Of a stretch of 64,000 bases of DNA, positions 27,269 through 37,465 are shown one piece after another; position 1 is the stretch's first letter; each line of letters opens with the position of its first letter. The position numbers and the translations under genes are program-made. The stretch comes from Vulcanimicrobiota bacterium (GTDB lineage: Bacteria > Vulcanimicrobiota > Xenobia > Xenobiales > JADMJV01), in NCBI GenBank assembly GCA_050250895.1, contig JBFWNU010000001.1, forward strand, positions 384,001 to 448,000, given 5' to 3'. The notes below the pieces were generated by a model. It saw only the letters and a list, made by a program, of their open reading frames with translations, was not told the origin of the DNA and did not search any database.

Positions 27269-29962
27269 ATGTTCTGGGCCCTCGCGCTTGCTGCTCCTTC
27301 AGCCTTCGGCGCCATGCTCTGCTACCGGGCCTTGCGGCTCAAAGATCCCCTCACGGTGGTGGCGGTCGGCACGGCTCTCGGTTGGGTCGTGGCTTTGATG
27401 GTGACCAACTGCTGGCTACTGCTGGGGTTCGAGGTCGGCAGGGCCATCTGGCTGACGCTAGGCCTCGAGGGACTGAGCGCCGTCATCCTGGCCACCCGGG
27501 GCCGGCCCAGGTGGGAACGGCTCGGGCTTTCACGGGCATCGTGGGCTTTTTTACTGGTGGGAGCAGGCCTGGTCCACTTCTATGTGGCCAGCACCTATGC
27601 CGATGACGACTTCTTCTTGCACGCCCCCATGCAGGCCCAGTTGCTCCACGGCACCTTTCCGGTGGTAAACCCCTTCTTTCCCGAGGTGTCGTACGGAGGC
27701 CACTACGCCCGCGACCTGCTGATCGTGATGTGGGCCGAGACCAGCGGCTGGCCCCTCTATACCTGTCAGACACCGGTCACCTCGCTCCTTCAGGTGGTCA
27801 GCTTTCTGGTGCTCTATCTGGCCTGTCTGCGCCAGACCGATTCTCAGACCCAGGCGTGCCTGGCCACCAGCCTGGTCTTCGCCGGCGTCAACGCCGGGTT
27901 TCGCGGGGGTTGGATCGATACTGTCACGAACAACAACGCCATTGCCCATCTCACCTTCTCGCTGTGTTTCTTTCTCTTGCTCGAGGCCCTCTTCAAGCAG
28001 CCCTCGCCCGCGGCCTCGACCCTGGCCGGCGTCGCGCTGGGCGGGTTCGCCTGGGCCTATGAGACCGACTTCGTGATGACGGCCCTGGCTTTGTGCCTGC
28101 TGGCCGCCACCGTAGCCCTGTGGAACAAACTCGAGCGACGCCAACTCCTTACGGCCGCGGTCATCGTGGCCGTATCGGCCCCCCTGGCCGCCGTCCAGGG
28201 CGGCCTGCTCAAGAACCTGGTAGACAAGGTCACCCGACCGGCTCCAGCCGAGCCCCTCGACCCCATCCTCCAGAGCCAGAATCTCGAAGTCTCGCTGCGC
28301 TTTCCCAAAGAAAACCTGGGGGCCATCAAGCTCGAGCGAGGCGAGGGAGAAGAACTCTCGCTGGCCTACCAGACCCTGCCTGGCTTTCGGCACCACGCCC
28401 CTCGGCCCCAGCGGCCTGGCTATGTGAACGTCTTCTCGTGGTCGGTGTTGCGAATCCACTGGCTTCCACTCTATCTAGCCCCGCTCACCCTGATATGGCT
28501 CTGGCGCCGTCGCCACCCCACCGGCCTACTCCTATGGTACTTCGGCTTGATGGCCTACATGTTGCCGGCCCTGATCGACTTTGGACTGTGGGAGGCTGAA
28601 GTCTTTCGCTTTGAATACGCGGCCTCGTGGGGCTTCGCGGGAGCCCTGGGACTGGCCCTGGGAGATTGGTTCGAGCAACGTCCCGGACCCGGCGTCCTGT
28701 TTCGGGCAGGTTGTCTCGAACTGGGCCCCCGCGGTCTAGCCGGGGTGGTCACCGCCCTGCTGGTCTGGGCCAGCCTCTACCCCAGCGCCTATCAACTCAC
28801 CGAGCGACGTAGTCACCTGCGTTACCCGACCGAAGGGCTGGCTTTCGAATCCCTCCACCCCTGGGCCGAGCGCCGGGCCAACCTTAACCTCTACCCCGCC
28901 GACATCGACTGCGCCCTCTGGCTGGGGAGAAACCTCGAATCGGGCGACGGACTGCTGACCAATTTTCGCGAGGAAGGTCCCTCCAACGTGCTCTTCGAGG
29001 CCGCCTTCCTGGGTCTGTGCGGAGCCCAGCCGTTGGGCCACGCCTTTCCCCTACCTCATGAGGCCCTGGGCACCTGGCCGTTCCGCCAGACCGCGCCGGC
29101 TCGAGCCTTCTGGCAGAGCCTCGATACCAGCCTGTTGGTCAACTTCGAAGCTCGCTGGCTGTTCGTGCGCGGGGCTCCCGAGGTGGCCGCCCGCCTCGGA
29201 TCGCAACTCGAGCTGGCCTACCAAAGCCAGGACCGCTACCTTTTTGCCTGCTCTATCCCGAAGGTCGAACTGCCCGCGTCAGACGGCCAGTCTCCCCTGG
29301 TGGCCGAGAACCTGGTCCTGCCCGAGAAGCTACCCATCGAGGCCTACCGGCAGCTCGAGTTCACCCTGTCCAATCCTTCTTCGCAGACCATCGAGGGGCA
29401 CTATCTCTATTATGAGCTGAGTTCTGGGGATGGCCTCATCGACCCGCGCGAGCGTTTCTTGCAGCCGATCGATCTGAAACTGCGGCCGGGTCAAAGCCAG
29501 CAGGTGGCGCTGCATCTGGTCACGCCCCACCTCGAGGGCGACTATCAGTTGCAACTCTATCTCGACGGCAAAGCCCTGGCCATGAGTCGTGCCCCGCTCA
29601 CAGTCAAGGCCCGAACCGCCTTCGGCCAACTGGCCATCGCAGCGGCCACTCCCCTCGACCCGACCCGACCTGGCCAGCTGCAGCGCTACCGAATCCAGCT
29701 GAGCGCCCCTCTGCCGGTAGAGGTTCTGGCCGGCCTTCAGGCCGGCGCCGAGGAACCCGGCCTGCACGAGTGGAGGGACTACCGCCGCCTGCCGGCCGGC
29801 GCCAGCGAACTCGAACTCGCCGTCAGTCTACCTCCCCAGCCAGGTCCGGTCCGTGTCTGGCTGCTCTTGTTGCCCCGCGACGGTGCGGTTGTCTATGAGT
29901 TGCCCGTTCAAAATCAGCCAGTGTCGCATGCCTTCAGTCTAGCGGACGGCTATGAACTGTAG
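27269..29962 (+). CDS. Large polytopic membrane protein, putative GT-C-fold glycosyltransferase (paralog 1)
   Basis: Many TM helices; DDDFFLH..NPFF..GGHYARD, NNN, YET, FPKE, DFG..E..R motifs shared with three other ORFs in the window; beta-rich C-terminal domains. The CDS is secure; the function is inferred. Confidence 0.7.
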   Translation: MFWALALAAPSAFGAMLCYRALRLKDPLTVVAVGTALGWVVALMVTNCWLLLGFEVGRAIWLTLGLEGLSAVILATRGRPRWERLGLSRASWAFLLVGAGLVHFYVASTYADDDFFLHAPMQAQLLHGTFPVVNPFFPEVSYGGHYARDLLIVMWAETSGWPLYTCQTPVTSLLQVVSFLVLYLACLRQTDSQTQACLATSLVFAGVNAGFRGGWIDTVTNNNAIAHLTFSLCFFLLLEALFKQPSPAASTLAGVALGGFAWAYETDFVMTALALCLLAATVALWNKLERRQLLTAAVIVAVSAPLAAVQGGLLKNLVDKVTRPAPAEPLDPILQSQNLEVSLRFPKENLGAIKLERGEGEELSLAYQTLPGFRHHAPRPQRPGYVNVFSWSVLRIHWLPLYLAPLTLIWLWRRRHPTGLLLWYFGLMAYMLPALIDFGLWEAEVFRFEYAASWGFAGALGLALGDWFEQRPGPGVLFRAGCLELGPRGLAGVVTALLVWASLYPSAYQLTERRSHLRYPTEGLAFESLHPWAERRANLNLYPADIDCALWLGRNLESGDGLLTNFREEGPSNVLFEAAFLGLCGAQPLGHAFPLPHEALGTWPFRQTAPARAFWQSLDTSLLVNFEARWLFVRGAPEVAARLGSQLELAYQSQDRYLFACSIPKVELPASDGQSPLVAENLVLPEKLPIEAYRQLEFTLSNPSSQTIEGHYLYYELSSGDGLIDPRERFLQPIDLKLRPGQSQQVALHLVTPHLEGDYQLQLYLDGKALAMSRAPLTVKARTAFGQLAIAAATPLDPTRPGQLQRYRIQLSAPLPVEVLAGLQAGAEEPGLHEWRDYRRLPAGASELELAVSLPPQPGPVRVWLLLLPRDGAVVYELPVQNQPVSHAFSLADGYEL

Positions 29963-30056
29963 ATTGCCGCGGGCGAGCCAGGCGCGATCTTGTTAAAACA
30001 ATGTTGCCTCGAGAAGGGCCGAGAGGTTCCGGTCAGCCGAGGTGCAATCTAGCTAG

Positions 30057-30833
30057 ATGCTCAAGGACATCCTCAGCGGTTTCGTCGCCCTCTTTCAAAG
30101 CGAGTCTTATGACGGCGTCGACCGGCGCAAGGTCATTCGGCTACGCTGCCGCTATTCGGTCTATGTCCTCTACAAGAACCAGGTCCTGACGGCCACCGCC
30201 GTCGACATGGGCCTGCAGGGCATTCGGCTCGACGTGCGCGAGAAACTCAAAAAGGGCATCCCGGCTGTCTTGCTTTATCGGGGCGCGGTGGGCCAAAAGC
30301 CGGTGCTCACGCTGCCCGACATCCAGCGCGACCTCGAGGCCGCCCGCGGCGAGGGAGTCCACTGCGAAGTGACCTGGTGTCGCCAGGACCGCTACTCCAA
30401 GAAGATCCAGGCCGGACTTCGCTATGTCGACACCCCCCAGCGGATGGGCCGGTCCTGGGTCAAGAAGATCCTGCGCGAGATCGGCTTCGACGAATCGACC
30501 ATCTTCCAGCGCCGCAAAATCGTGCGCGTGATGGCCTCGATCCCCTACGAAACCCGCACTCCAGATGGCCCCGTCAAGGGGCTGGTCCTCAATCTCGGAG
30601 CTGGCGGCGCGCTGCTCCAATCCGAGAGTCCACTGCCCACGATCGTCAAGCTGCACATCGGCCCCTACAAAAACATGGAGTATCTCAACATCTCGGGCAA
30701 GGTGGTGACCTGCCGCCATGAACCCACCAGCAACTCTTTCTTGCAGGGGCTTCGCTTCCAGGGCACCTCCCCCGCCGAGGTCGACCTGCTGGGCAAGTAC
30801 ATCATGAGCCTGCTCAAGGACAACATGGTGTAG
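30057..30833 (+). CDS. Tandem PilZ-domain protein
   Basis: Two RxxxR ... (D/N)xGxxG units: RRKVIR..DMGLQG and RRKIVR..NLGAGG. Confidence 0.8.
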   Translation: MLKDILSGFVALFQSESYDGVDRRKVIRLRCRYSVYVLYKNQVLTATAVDMGLQGIRLDVREKLKKGIPAVLLYRGAVGQKPVLTLPDIQRDLEAARGEGVHCEVTWCRQDRYSKKIQAGLRYVDTPQRMGRSWVKKILREIGFDESTIFQRRKIVRVMASIPYETRTPDGPVKGLVLNLGAGGALLQSESPLPTIVKLHIGPYKNMEYLNISGKVVTCRHEPTSNSFLQGLRFQGTSPAEVDLLGKYIMSLLKDNMV

Positions 30834-30842
30834 CGACAGGAT

Positions 30843-31799
30843 TCAAGGCTGAGAGAACATGGATCGGGTCGCCTCGGCGATGTCCGGCACGCCGGCCACG
30901 ACGGGGAGGCAAAGGTCTAGCGACAATCCGCCAAAAGTTCCAAGCATGAGCTTTCGGAAGTCTGTCGTTCGCATGAACTCCTCCGGATACTCCTCGAATC
31001 CGAACGGAGTGCGGAGTCGATAAGTCGAAGCAGGAAGCCATTCCTCATAGAACCTCCTCCATGAGGCCTCGAGGGCGACCACATTGCCATGCGCGTGCAT
31101 AATCGCCATCAACCCCGAAGGCAGCGTTCGAGAATGAAGATGGTTGGGAAGATCGATAGCCAGAAGCTCATCTCCGAGAACGGCACACTCGTAGCGATAC
31201 TTTGACGGCTCGGTGCAGCTCCAGTCGTCAAACCATAGGCCGAAGTATCGAAGTGATGCCGAAGGCGCGTGACTGTCGAGCCAGCCCAACAGCTCGGCCC
31301 AAGCCTGGGCGATGCCCGCGACGGAGGAGTATGTTCGCAGACAGAGGACCCGGTGTTCAGGCCACCCCTCGACTCTCACCGAGGCCACCTCCTGGCGGGG
31401 GGGGTGATAGCGCCCTTGATCGCTCAAGTGAAGGGCCCGCTCCCTGAAGGCGCTTGGCCCCAGGCCGAAAAGCTTGCCGAAAGCACGGGTAAAACTCGAG
31501 GGAGTGGAAAAGCCGCAGGTTACCGCCACCTCCGAACACGACAGGTCGGATAAGAGGAGAAAGCCAGCGGCCGCCTCCAGCCGTAGCCTCAAGACATGGC
31601 TTTTATACGACTCACCCACGACGCTACGAAAGGCCAGGTGGAAATGAGAGCGCGAAAGACCCACCCGGGTCGCCATTTCGGCGGCGGAAGGCGGGTTGGC
31701 CAGGGCGGACTCCACGATTCGCACTGCCTGCAAGACCGAGGAACGAAGTTCGAGCTGAGTCGCCTTCTTCTTGGCCAGATGCGAAAAATCGAGTAACAC
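30843..31799 (-). CDS. AraC-family transcriptional regulator with GyrI-like effector domain
   Basis: LSRSHFHLAF, RLRLEAAA, VAVTCGFSTPSSFTRAF; C-terminal AWAELLGW..YRYEC..EEWLPAS. Confidence 0.9.
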   Translation of the reverse strand: MLLDFSHLAKKKATQLELRSSVLQAVRIVESALANPPSAAEMATRVGLSRSHFHLAFRSVVGESYKSHVLRLRLEAAAGFLLLSDLSCSEVAVTCGFSTPSSFTRAFGKLFGLGPSAFRERALHLSDQGRYHPPRQEVASVRVEGWPEHRVLCLRTYSSVAGIAQAWAELLGWLDSHAPSASLRYFGLWFDDWSCTEPSKYRYECAVLGDELLAIDLPNHLHSRTLPSGLMAIMHAHGNVVALEASWRRFYEEWLPASTYRLRTPFGFEEYPEEFMRTTDFRKLMLGTFGGLSLDLCLPVVAGVPDIAEATRSMFSQP

Positions 31800-31850
31800 T
31801 CCCCCGTCCCTCCAGGGGAAGACTACTCGATCTTTGCAAGCGGTCCTTCT

Positions 31851-32720
31851 CTATCGAGTTCTGCCGTTGACGAAAACCGCGAACGGAGATTGGAACGTGC
31901 CTATCTCCTGGCCGCTCAAATCCAACACCGCAAAAGTAAAGATATCACCCGGCTGCAAGCCTCCCGTAATGAGCAGATCCAGGAAGATGCTCTGGTTGGA
32001 AGTCAAGGGCGTGTCGTTCTGCCACACGATCGACCCGTCAGCCTCCCTTTCGTTAGTGGTGAAGTGCATGGGTGGAGCGGTTGGATTGTTGACATCGATC
32101 AGAGAGTTCGAGAAATCGCGGATGATCGACCCGAGGGGAAAATTCGGGTTGTCGGACTGCTTCAACTTGAAGCCCCCAACTTGACCACTCAAAGAGCTTG
32201 AGGATTTGAACTTCACGTTTAGGGTCACGGAGCCAAAGTCGTCGCCCTCGAAGCTGGCGACTTCGAGTTGGTCCAAGAGGTCCCGGACGACATCTTCGAA
32301 GTCAGGATCGTCAATCACCACTGTCAGATTCTCAAAGTCTAAATCGATGATGGCTCGGCCGACAAGAAAGCCGCTACCATCGAACAACTCGATGGTAAGG
32401 ACCTGGACCCGACGGGAAACGTTGTCCAAGATGACCTGAGATTGCTTCGGGACGTCGTTCTGACTAAAGAGAATGTTGGAGACTTGGCCGGTTGGAGTGG
32501 ATATTCTCTCGGAGCCCGTGAAGCTAAAGCTCGCTACCTCCGCCGGTATCCCGCGATTCAACAGATTGAAGTTGATGATAATCCGTCCGAGTGCCGGAGG
32601 GGCCATGAGGTTGGCGTCCCCCTGGGAACCGGTGGTCTGGTCAGGCAGCTGGCTGTCGTCACATCCGGGCAGGCAACCCAGGACCAAGAATCCTAGTATC
32701 AGCGGAAGAAGTCTTCTCAT
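31851..32720 (-). CDS. Predicted lipoprotein with beta-rich domains
   Basis: Signal peptide with lipobox-like VLGC/LPGC; AAGGAG RBS. Confidence 0.7.
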   Translation of the reverse strand: MRRLLPLILGFLVLGCLPGCDDSQLPDQTTGSQGDANLMAPPALGRIIINFNLLNRGIPAEVASFSFTGSERISTPTGQVSNILFSQNDVPKQSQVILDNVSRRVQVLTIELFDGSGFLVGRAIIDLDFENLTVVIDDPDFEDVVRDLLDQLEVASFEGDDFGSVTLNVKFKSSSSLSGQVGGFKLKQSDNPNFPLGSIIRDFSNSLIDVNNPTAPPMHFTTNEREADGSIVWQNDTPLTSNQSIFLDLLITGGLQPGDIFTFAVLDLSGQEIGTFQSPFAVFVNGRTR

Positions 32721-32949
32721 GGTGCTCCTTTACGTGTTTGGAGAAAATCTAGGGCCAGCGTAGTGGTGGGACCTACCGGCCATGATAGCCAGCATGCGCG
32801 GTCTTGACTTTCCATTTTGTCCGAATTTTGAACTCGTCTTCGGCCAGCGTCGGCCCGGCCCAGAGCAATCCGGACGACGAAATCGCTCGGCCGCGGCTCC
32901 TCTCAGGTCGCAGGGCGGCTCGGACCGGCCGGCGAAGCCAGGGGCACGC

Positions 32950-33528
32950 ATGGCTAACTCCGTAGAAGAAACCCTGGCGCGGCTCCGCGCTCATTTGCAC
33001 TCTGCTCATATGGACAGCGGTAAGTCTGTCAGTCAACTAGCCGCCGAACTGGGGGTGGGGTCGCCGGCCGAGATGTCCGAGTATCTGTCTGGTCGCAAAG
33101 AAATGGGCGTGGGCCTGTTGCTCCGCTTTGCCCGCTTGACCGGCAAGCCCATCTGGTGGTTCTTTGGCGAGCAGCCGCGCGGGGTGACCGTCGAGGGCGC
33201 CGAGACGGGCCTGCAGAACGTCAGTCGCATCCGTCTTTATCTCGATGCCATCGAGGCTGAGTTTCGCGGCATCGTACCCGAAGCCAGCGCGCCCGAGCCG
33301 ATCAAGAAAGAGAACAACGTCGTTCCGCTGGGGCGACCGGCTCAGGGCGAAGTGGTCGATCTTCGGCCGTATCTGGCCCGAGCCCGCCAGATTTTGCAGC
33401 GCGAAGTCGATCTTTCTCGCGAAGACAGCGCCGAGGTGAGCGAAGAATCGGTCGAGATGATTGCCCAGGGCCTCTACAGCGCCGAGATGGGCTGTCTGCC
33501 TTCGCGCAGCTTCGAAGCCGTCGAGTAA
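32950..33528 (+). CDS. XRE-family HTH protein
   Basis: SVSQLAAELGV..EMSEYLSGRKE..LLRFARLTGKPIWWFFGE; start re-assigned to ATG at 32950. Confidence 0.75.
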   Translation: MANSVEETLARLRAHLHSAHMDSGKSVSQLAAELGVGSPAEMSEYLSGRKEMGVGLLLRFARLTGKPIWWFFGEQPRGVTVEGAETGLQNVSRIRLYLDAIEAEFRGIVPEASAPEPIKKENNVVPLGRPAQGEVVDLRPYLARARQILQREVDLSREDSAEVSEESVEMIAQGLYSAEMGCLPSRSFEAVE

Positions 33529-33569
33529 TCCAGGAAGGCGCCGTTCGCTCCCAACCCGAAGTTGGGCGC

Positions 33570-34265
33570 GTGAAACCACAAGACGTCATCGCCGCCCTCA
33601 AGCAGGTTCCCCTCATCGAGGTGCTCGAACCCGACGAGATCGCCCATCTGGCCCAGCAGGTGGTACCCCGCCGCTACGCCCCTGACGAGCAGCTCTTCAT
33701 GCAGGGGGAACAGGGGGGAGAGCTTTTTCTGGTGGTGCGGGGGGCGATTCGCATTGCCCTCGAAACCCTCAACGGCCGCGAGGTGACGGTGGCCATTCGG
33801 CGAGCCGGTAGCTTCGTCGGCGAGATGGCTCTGCTCGACGGGCATCCCCGTTCGGCCTCGGGCTATGCCATCGACGAGTGCGAGTGCCTGGTGGTGCTCA
33901 AAGACAGTTTCGACGCGATGCTCGAAGGCAACGCCCGGGCTGGCCAACGCCTCATCCAGGTCTTGTGCGAGCGGATTCGCCAGAGCACCACCCGCCTCGA
34001 GGAGGTGGCGGTTCGCACCATCCGCCAGCGGCTGGCCTCGGTTTTGGCCAAGCTAGCCAGAGAAGAGGGCGAACCAGATGGCACCGCCGTCCTGCTGCGG
34101 CCCATCGTCAACTACAAGATGTTGACAGGGCTGATGTGCGCCAATCGTGAGTCGGTCAGTCGGGCCGCCAGCGAGCTCATCGACGAGGGCTTGTTGGCGC
34201 GTCAGGGCCGTCGTTTTCGCATTATCGATTTGGAAGGTCTCGAGAGCGTTGCCCTCGAGGCCTGA
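33570..34265 (+). CDS. Crp/Fnr-family transcriptional regulator (cNMP-binding)
   Basis: LFMQGEQG, FVGEMALLDGHPRSAS phosphate-binding cassette, RESVSR recognition helix. Confidence 0.92.
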   Translation: MKPQDVIAALKQVPLIEVLEPDEIAHLAQQVVPRRYAPDEQLFMQGEQGGELFLVVRGAIRIALETLNGREVTVAIRRAGSFVGEMALLDGHPRSASGYAIDECECLVVLKDSFDAMLEGNARAGQRLIQVLCERIRQSTTRLEEVAVRTIRQRLASVLAKLAREEGEPDGTAVLLRPIVNYKMLTGLMCANRESVSRAASELIDEGLLARQGRRFRIIDLEGLESVALEA

Positions 34266-34324
34266 CGGATCAAACGTCACATCGGTGACGAGCCCATCGT
34301 GGCATGATGACGGCAGGAGGATAT

Positions 34325-37300
34325 ATGACATCCAAGTCAGCAGCCAGTATTCTGCTCGCTCTTTTTGTTTGGGTTGCTCCGGCTTTTGCCAAGAGTGACC
34401 CCGAACTGATCTTGCAAGATGGTCACTCCGACGGAGTGACCGCTTCGGTCTTCTCTCGAGACGGTCACCACCTGTTCTCGGCCAGTGAAGACGGAACCAT
34501 CAAACAGTGGGATCTTGACACGGGTCGCGTGGTCTTCACTTACCTCAGCGCCGACGCCGACAAGCAGGGGGCCTATCGTCCCCGAGTCAACTCGGTGGCT
34601 CTGATGCACGACGACAAGTGGGTCGTCTCGGGCGCGAGCGACGGCAAGGTCCGCGTCTTTAGCACCGCCGACGGCAGTCTGGTGCGAGAGTGGGCGGTAC
34701 CGGTCAGTTACGGTAGCTACCTCAGAATTGCAGGCCTGCCCGGCGACCGCCTGGCGGCCGTGGCCCAGGAGCAGAAGCTCTACCTCTACAACGCTGCCAA
34801 CGGACAACTGGTGAAAGAGCAAGCGCTCGACATCACCGGCCGGGCTCTGGCCGCTCACGATAAGATGATCGCCGTGGCCGACCGCGAGACGCTGGTGATG
34901 TACGCCGACGACGGGCGCGAACTGGCCCGCCAAAAGCTCAGCAGCGACGGCGAAAGCCTGACCTTCAGCCACGACGGCAGCAAGCTGGTAGTGGTGGGCA
35001 GTAAGCTCGATCTGATGGCCGCCCCGTCGCTCAAAGTGTTGTCGAGCCAGGACATCGAGGGCAGTTCTACGCAGGCGGCCTTCGTTGGGGACAAGCTGTG
35101 GTTGTCGAATCAACGCTCCGGCCACTTCGGCTTCGGTCCGTTAGGCGCCCCGGTGGTTAAAGAGACCGGTATCTCCAGCCTGGCCTCGAGCTCGAATGGC
35201 GCCATTGCCGCCGGTGGTAGCGAGGGGGAAATCTATCTGGTCAAGCCCGGGTCCAAAGAGCCCGTTTTGCTGCCCGGCAAGACCTCCTGGATCACCGCTC
35301 TGGCCACCGATCCCCAGGGACGCTACCTGATCACGGGCAGCCGCCAGGGCGCCGTCAAGCTCTACGACCTGAGCACTGGCCGCATCGAGCGCCGCTATCC
35401 CGGCCACGAAGCTTATGTCGGTGAAGTGGCTATCTCGCCCGATGGCTCACTGGTGGCCGCCTCCGACCTGTACTGGGGCAAACTGATCGTCTGGGACGCC
35501 AAGACGGCCGAAACCATCTCCACCTACGAGTTGGACCGCTTCAGCCCACGCTTCGCCGAAGGCATCCAACGCGTCGTCTTTAGCCCCGACGGCCAGAATC
35601 TGGCCATCGGCCGCACCGACAAGCCGCAAGTAGAACTGATCGACGCCCGCCGCGGCCGGCGCCGCATGGCCCTACCCATCGAAGGCCAGGCGGTCGGACT
35701 AGCCTTCAATCCCGACGGCACTCGACTGGCCGTGGGCACCACCAAAGAAAAGCTCCAAGAGTTCTTGCTCAGCTCGCGCACCGTGGTCAGTGACCGCAAG
35801 ATGCAAGACGACGCCTGGTCGATCGCTTACAGTCCGGACGGCAAACGGATGGCTGCCGGCGGCTACCGTGGCGTGCTCAAGGTGTGGGAAACCGAATTCG
35901 AAGACGAGCCCGTGCAGCTCACCTACAAGGGTACCGGATACTTCGGATTGCGCTTTACCAACGACGGCCACCTGCTCAGCGTGGGTGGCGACGGCAAAAT
36001 GCGCTCGTGGGACCTGACCACCCGCCAAGCTCGCGAAGTCGTGGCCCACGGAGACTCCATCGGTGATCTGGCCGTGCTGGCTGGCGGCAAGGTTTTGGTC
36101 ACCCGAGGCAGTGACAGCAAAGTCAAGCTGTGGAACGCCTCCGACTTCAAGCTGCTGGGCACCCTGGTCGAACTCGACCACGGCCAGGACTGGGTCGTGA
36201 CCACTCCCGGCGGCCTGTTCGACGGCACCACCAAAGGTCAGCGACTGCTCGACTGGCGCATCGACAACAAACTCTACAACCTCGAACAGTTCTTCAACGC
36301 CTACTTCACTCCGGGGCTGCTGCACCGCCTGGCCCCCCCCTCGGGGGCGGCGGCCAAGCCGCTCGAGGTGACTCGCTCCATCAACGACTTCAAACAACCG
36401 CCACGGGTTCGCTTCGTCAGCCCCGACCCCGGGGCCAAGACGAGTGAGCGAAGCGTCGCCGTCAAGGTCGAGGTCCTGGACACGGGAGGGGGGGTGACCG
36501 GGGTGGCCCTTTACCACAACGGCCACCGCCTCCCCGACAATCGGCGCCAACAGCTTGACCCGAAAACCTTCGAGTTCCGGGTTGAACTCATTGAAGGCCA
36601 AAATGACCTCGAAGCCACCGCTTACAACTCGGATGAGTCGGTGGAAAGCCGCAAAGACCGCGTGCGCGTCACCTGCTCGGCAGCCAACAGTCGTCAACCC
36701 GAACTACACGTGGTAGCCATCGGCGTCGACAAGTACCAGGCTGGTCTGAGCCTGAGCTACGCCCAGTCTGACGCCGAAGCCATCGCCGGCTTCTTCAAGC
36801 CCGGGTTGTTCAAGAACGTGCGCACCCACTTGCTGGTCAACGAGCAAGCAACCCGCGCCGGAATCGACAAAATGATGACGGAGATCGAAGCGGCCACCGA
36901 GCCCCAGGACGCCCTGCTGGTCTATGTGGCCGGTCACGGAACCGTGGTGGGCGACATGTACTACTTCCTCCCCTACGACGCCAAAGTGGCCTCTCAGGAA
37001 GAGATTCGTGACTCTGGTATTTCGTCGGTGGCCTTGGCCGACCGCCTGAGCCGCATTCCCGCCACCAAGCAACTGGTGGTTCTCGACACCTGTCGTTCGG
37101 GAGCCGCCGCTGGCGCCCTGGGCAAATACCTGGCCCGCCGCAGCGGACTCGACGACGTGCGTTCGCAGCAAATGCTGGCCCGCACCGCCGGCACCTTTCT
37201 CATCGCCGCTTCCACCGCCGAGGAATATGCACTGGAACTGCCCGACCTCAAGCATGGTGTGCTGACCTATGCTATCCTCAACGCGCTGGGCGAATCGGGC

Positions 37301-37465
37301 AAACCCACTGCCCGCACCAACGCCCAGGGCGCAGTGACCGTCAACGCCCTGCTCGAGGCGGTCTCGAGCACGGTGCCCAACCTGACCGAGAAGTATCACG
37401 GTCAGCGCCAGCATGTGGTCCAGTATAGCTCGGGTCAGGACTTCCCCCTGGTCTCGGCTCAGTGA
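34325..37465 (+). CDS. Exported WD40-repeat protein with Ig-like and C-terminal caspase-like (peptidase C14) domains
   Basis: AGGAGG RBS; signal peptide ending AFA; multiple GH..WD repeats; VAIGVDKY; AGHG and DTCRSG His/Cys dyad; HGVLTYAIL. Confidence 0.9.
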   Translation: MTSKSAASILLALFVWVAPAFAKSDPELILQDGHSDGVTASVFSRDGHHLFSASEDGTIKQWDLDTGRVVFTYLSADADKQGAYRPRVNSVALMHDDKWVVSGASDGKVRVFSTADGSLVREWAVPVSYGSYLRIAGLPGDRLAAVAQEQKLYLYNAANGQLVKEQALDITGRALAAHDKMIAVADRETLVMYADDGRELARQKLSSDGESLTFSHDGSKLVVVGSKLDLMAAPSLKVLSSQDIEGSSTQAAFVGDKLWLSNQRSGHFGFGPLGAPVVKETGISSLASSSNGAIAAGGSEGEIYLVKPGSKEPVLLPGKTSWITALATDPQGRYLITGSRQGAVKLYDLSTGRIERRYPGHEAYVGEVAISPDGSLVAASDLYWGKLIVWDAKTAETISTYELDRFSPRFAEGIQRVVFSPDGQNLAIGRTDKPQVELIDARRGRRRMALPIEGQAVGLAFNPDGTRLAVGTTKEKLQEFLLSSRTVVSDRKMQDDAWSIAYSPDGKRMAAGGYRGVLKVWETEFEDEPVQLTYKGTGYFGLRFTNDGHLLSVGGDGKMRSWDLTTRQAREVVAHGDSIGDLAVLAGGKVLVTRGSDSKVKLWNASDFKLLGTLVELDHGQDWVVTTPGGLFDGTTKGQRLLDWRIDNKLYNLEQFFNAYFTPGLLHRLAPPSGAAAKPLEVTRSINDFKQPPRVRFVSPDPGAKTSERSVAVKVEVLDTGGGVTGVALYHNGHRLPDNRRQQLDPKTFEFRVELIEGQNDLEATAYNSDESVESRKDRVRVTCSAANSRQPELHVVAIGVDKYQAGLSLSYAQSDAEAIAGFFKPGLFKNVRTHLLVNEQATRAGIDKMMTEIEAATEPQDALLVYVAGHGTVVGDMYYFLPYDAKVASQEEIRDSGISSVALADRLSRIPATKQLVVLDTCRSGAAAGALGKYLARRSGLDDVRSQQMLARTAGTFLIAASTAEEYALELPDLKHGVLTYAILNALGESGKPTARTNAQGAVTVNALLEAVSSTVPNLTEKYHGQRQHVVQYSSGQDFPLVSAQ

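Noticed and set aside
24045-29962. Functional link between GT-C-like paralog 1 and the pfa-ole product (glycolipid)
   Set aside because: Only proximity supports it; the gene is on the opposite strand and its paralogs cluster elsewhere
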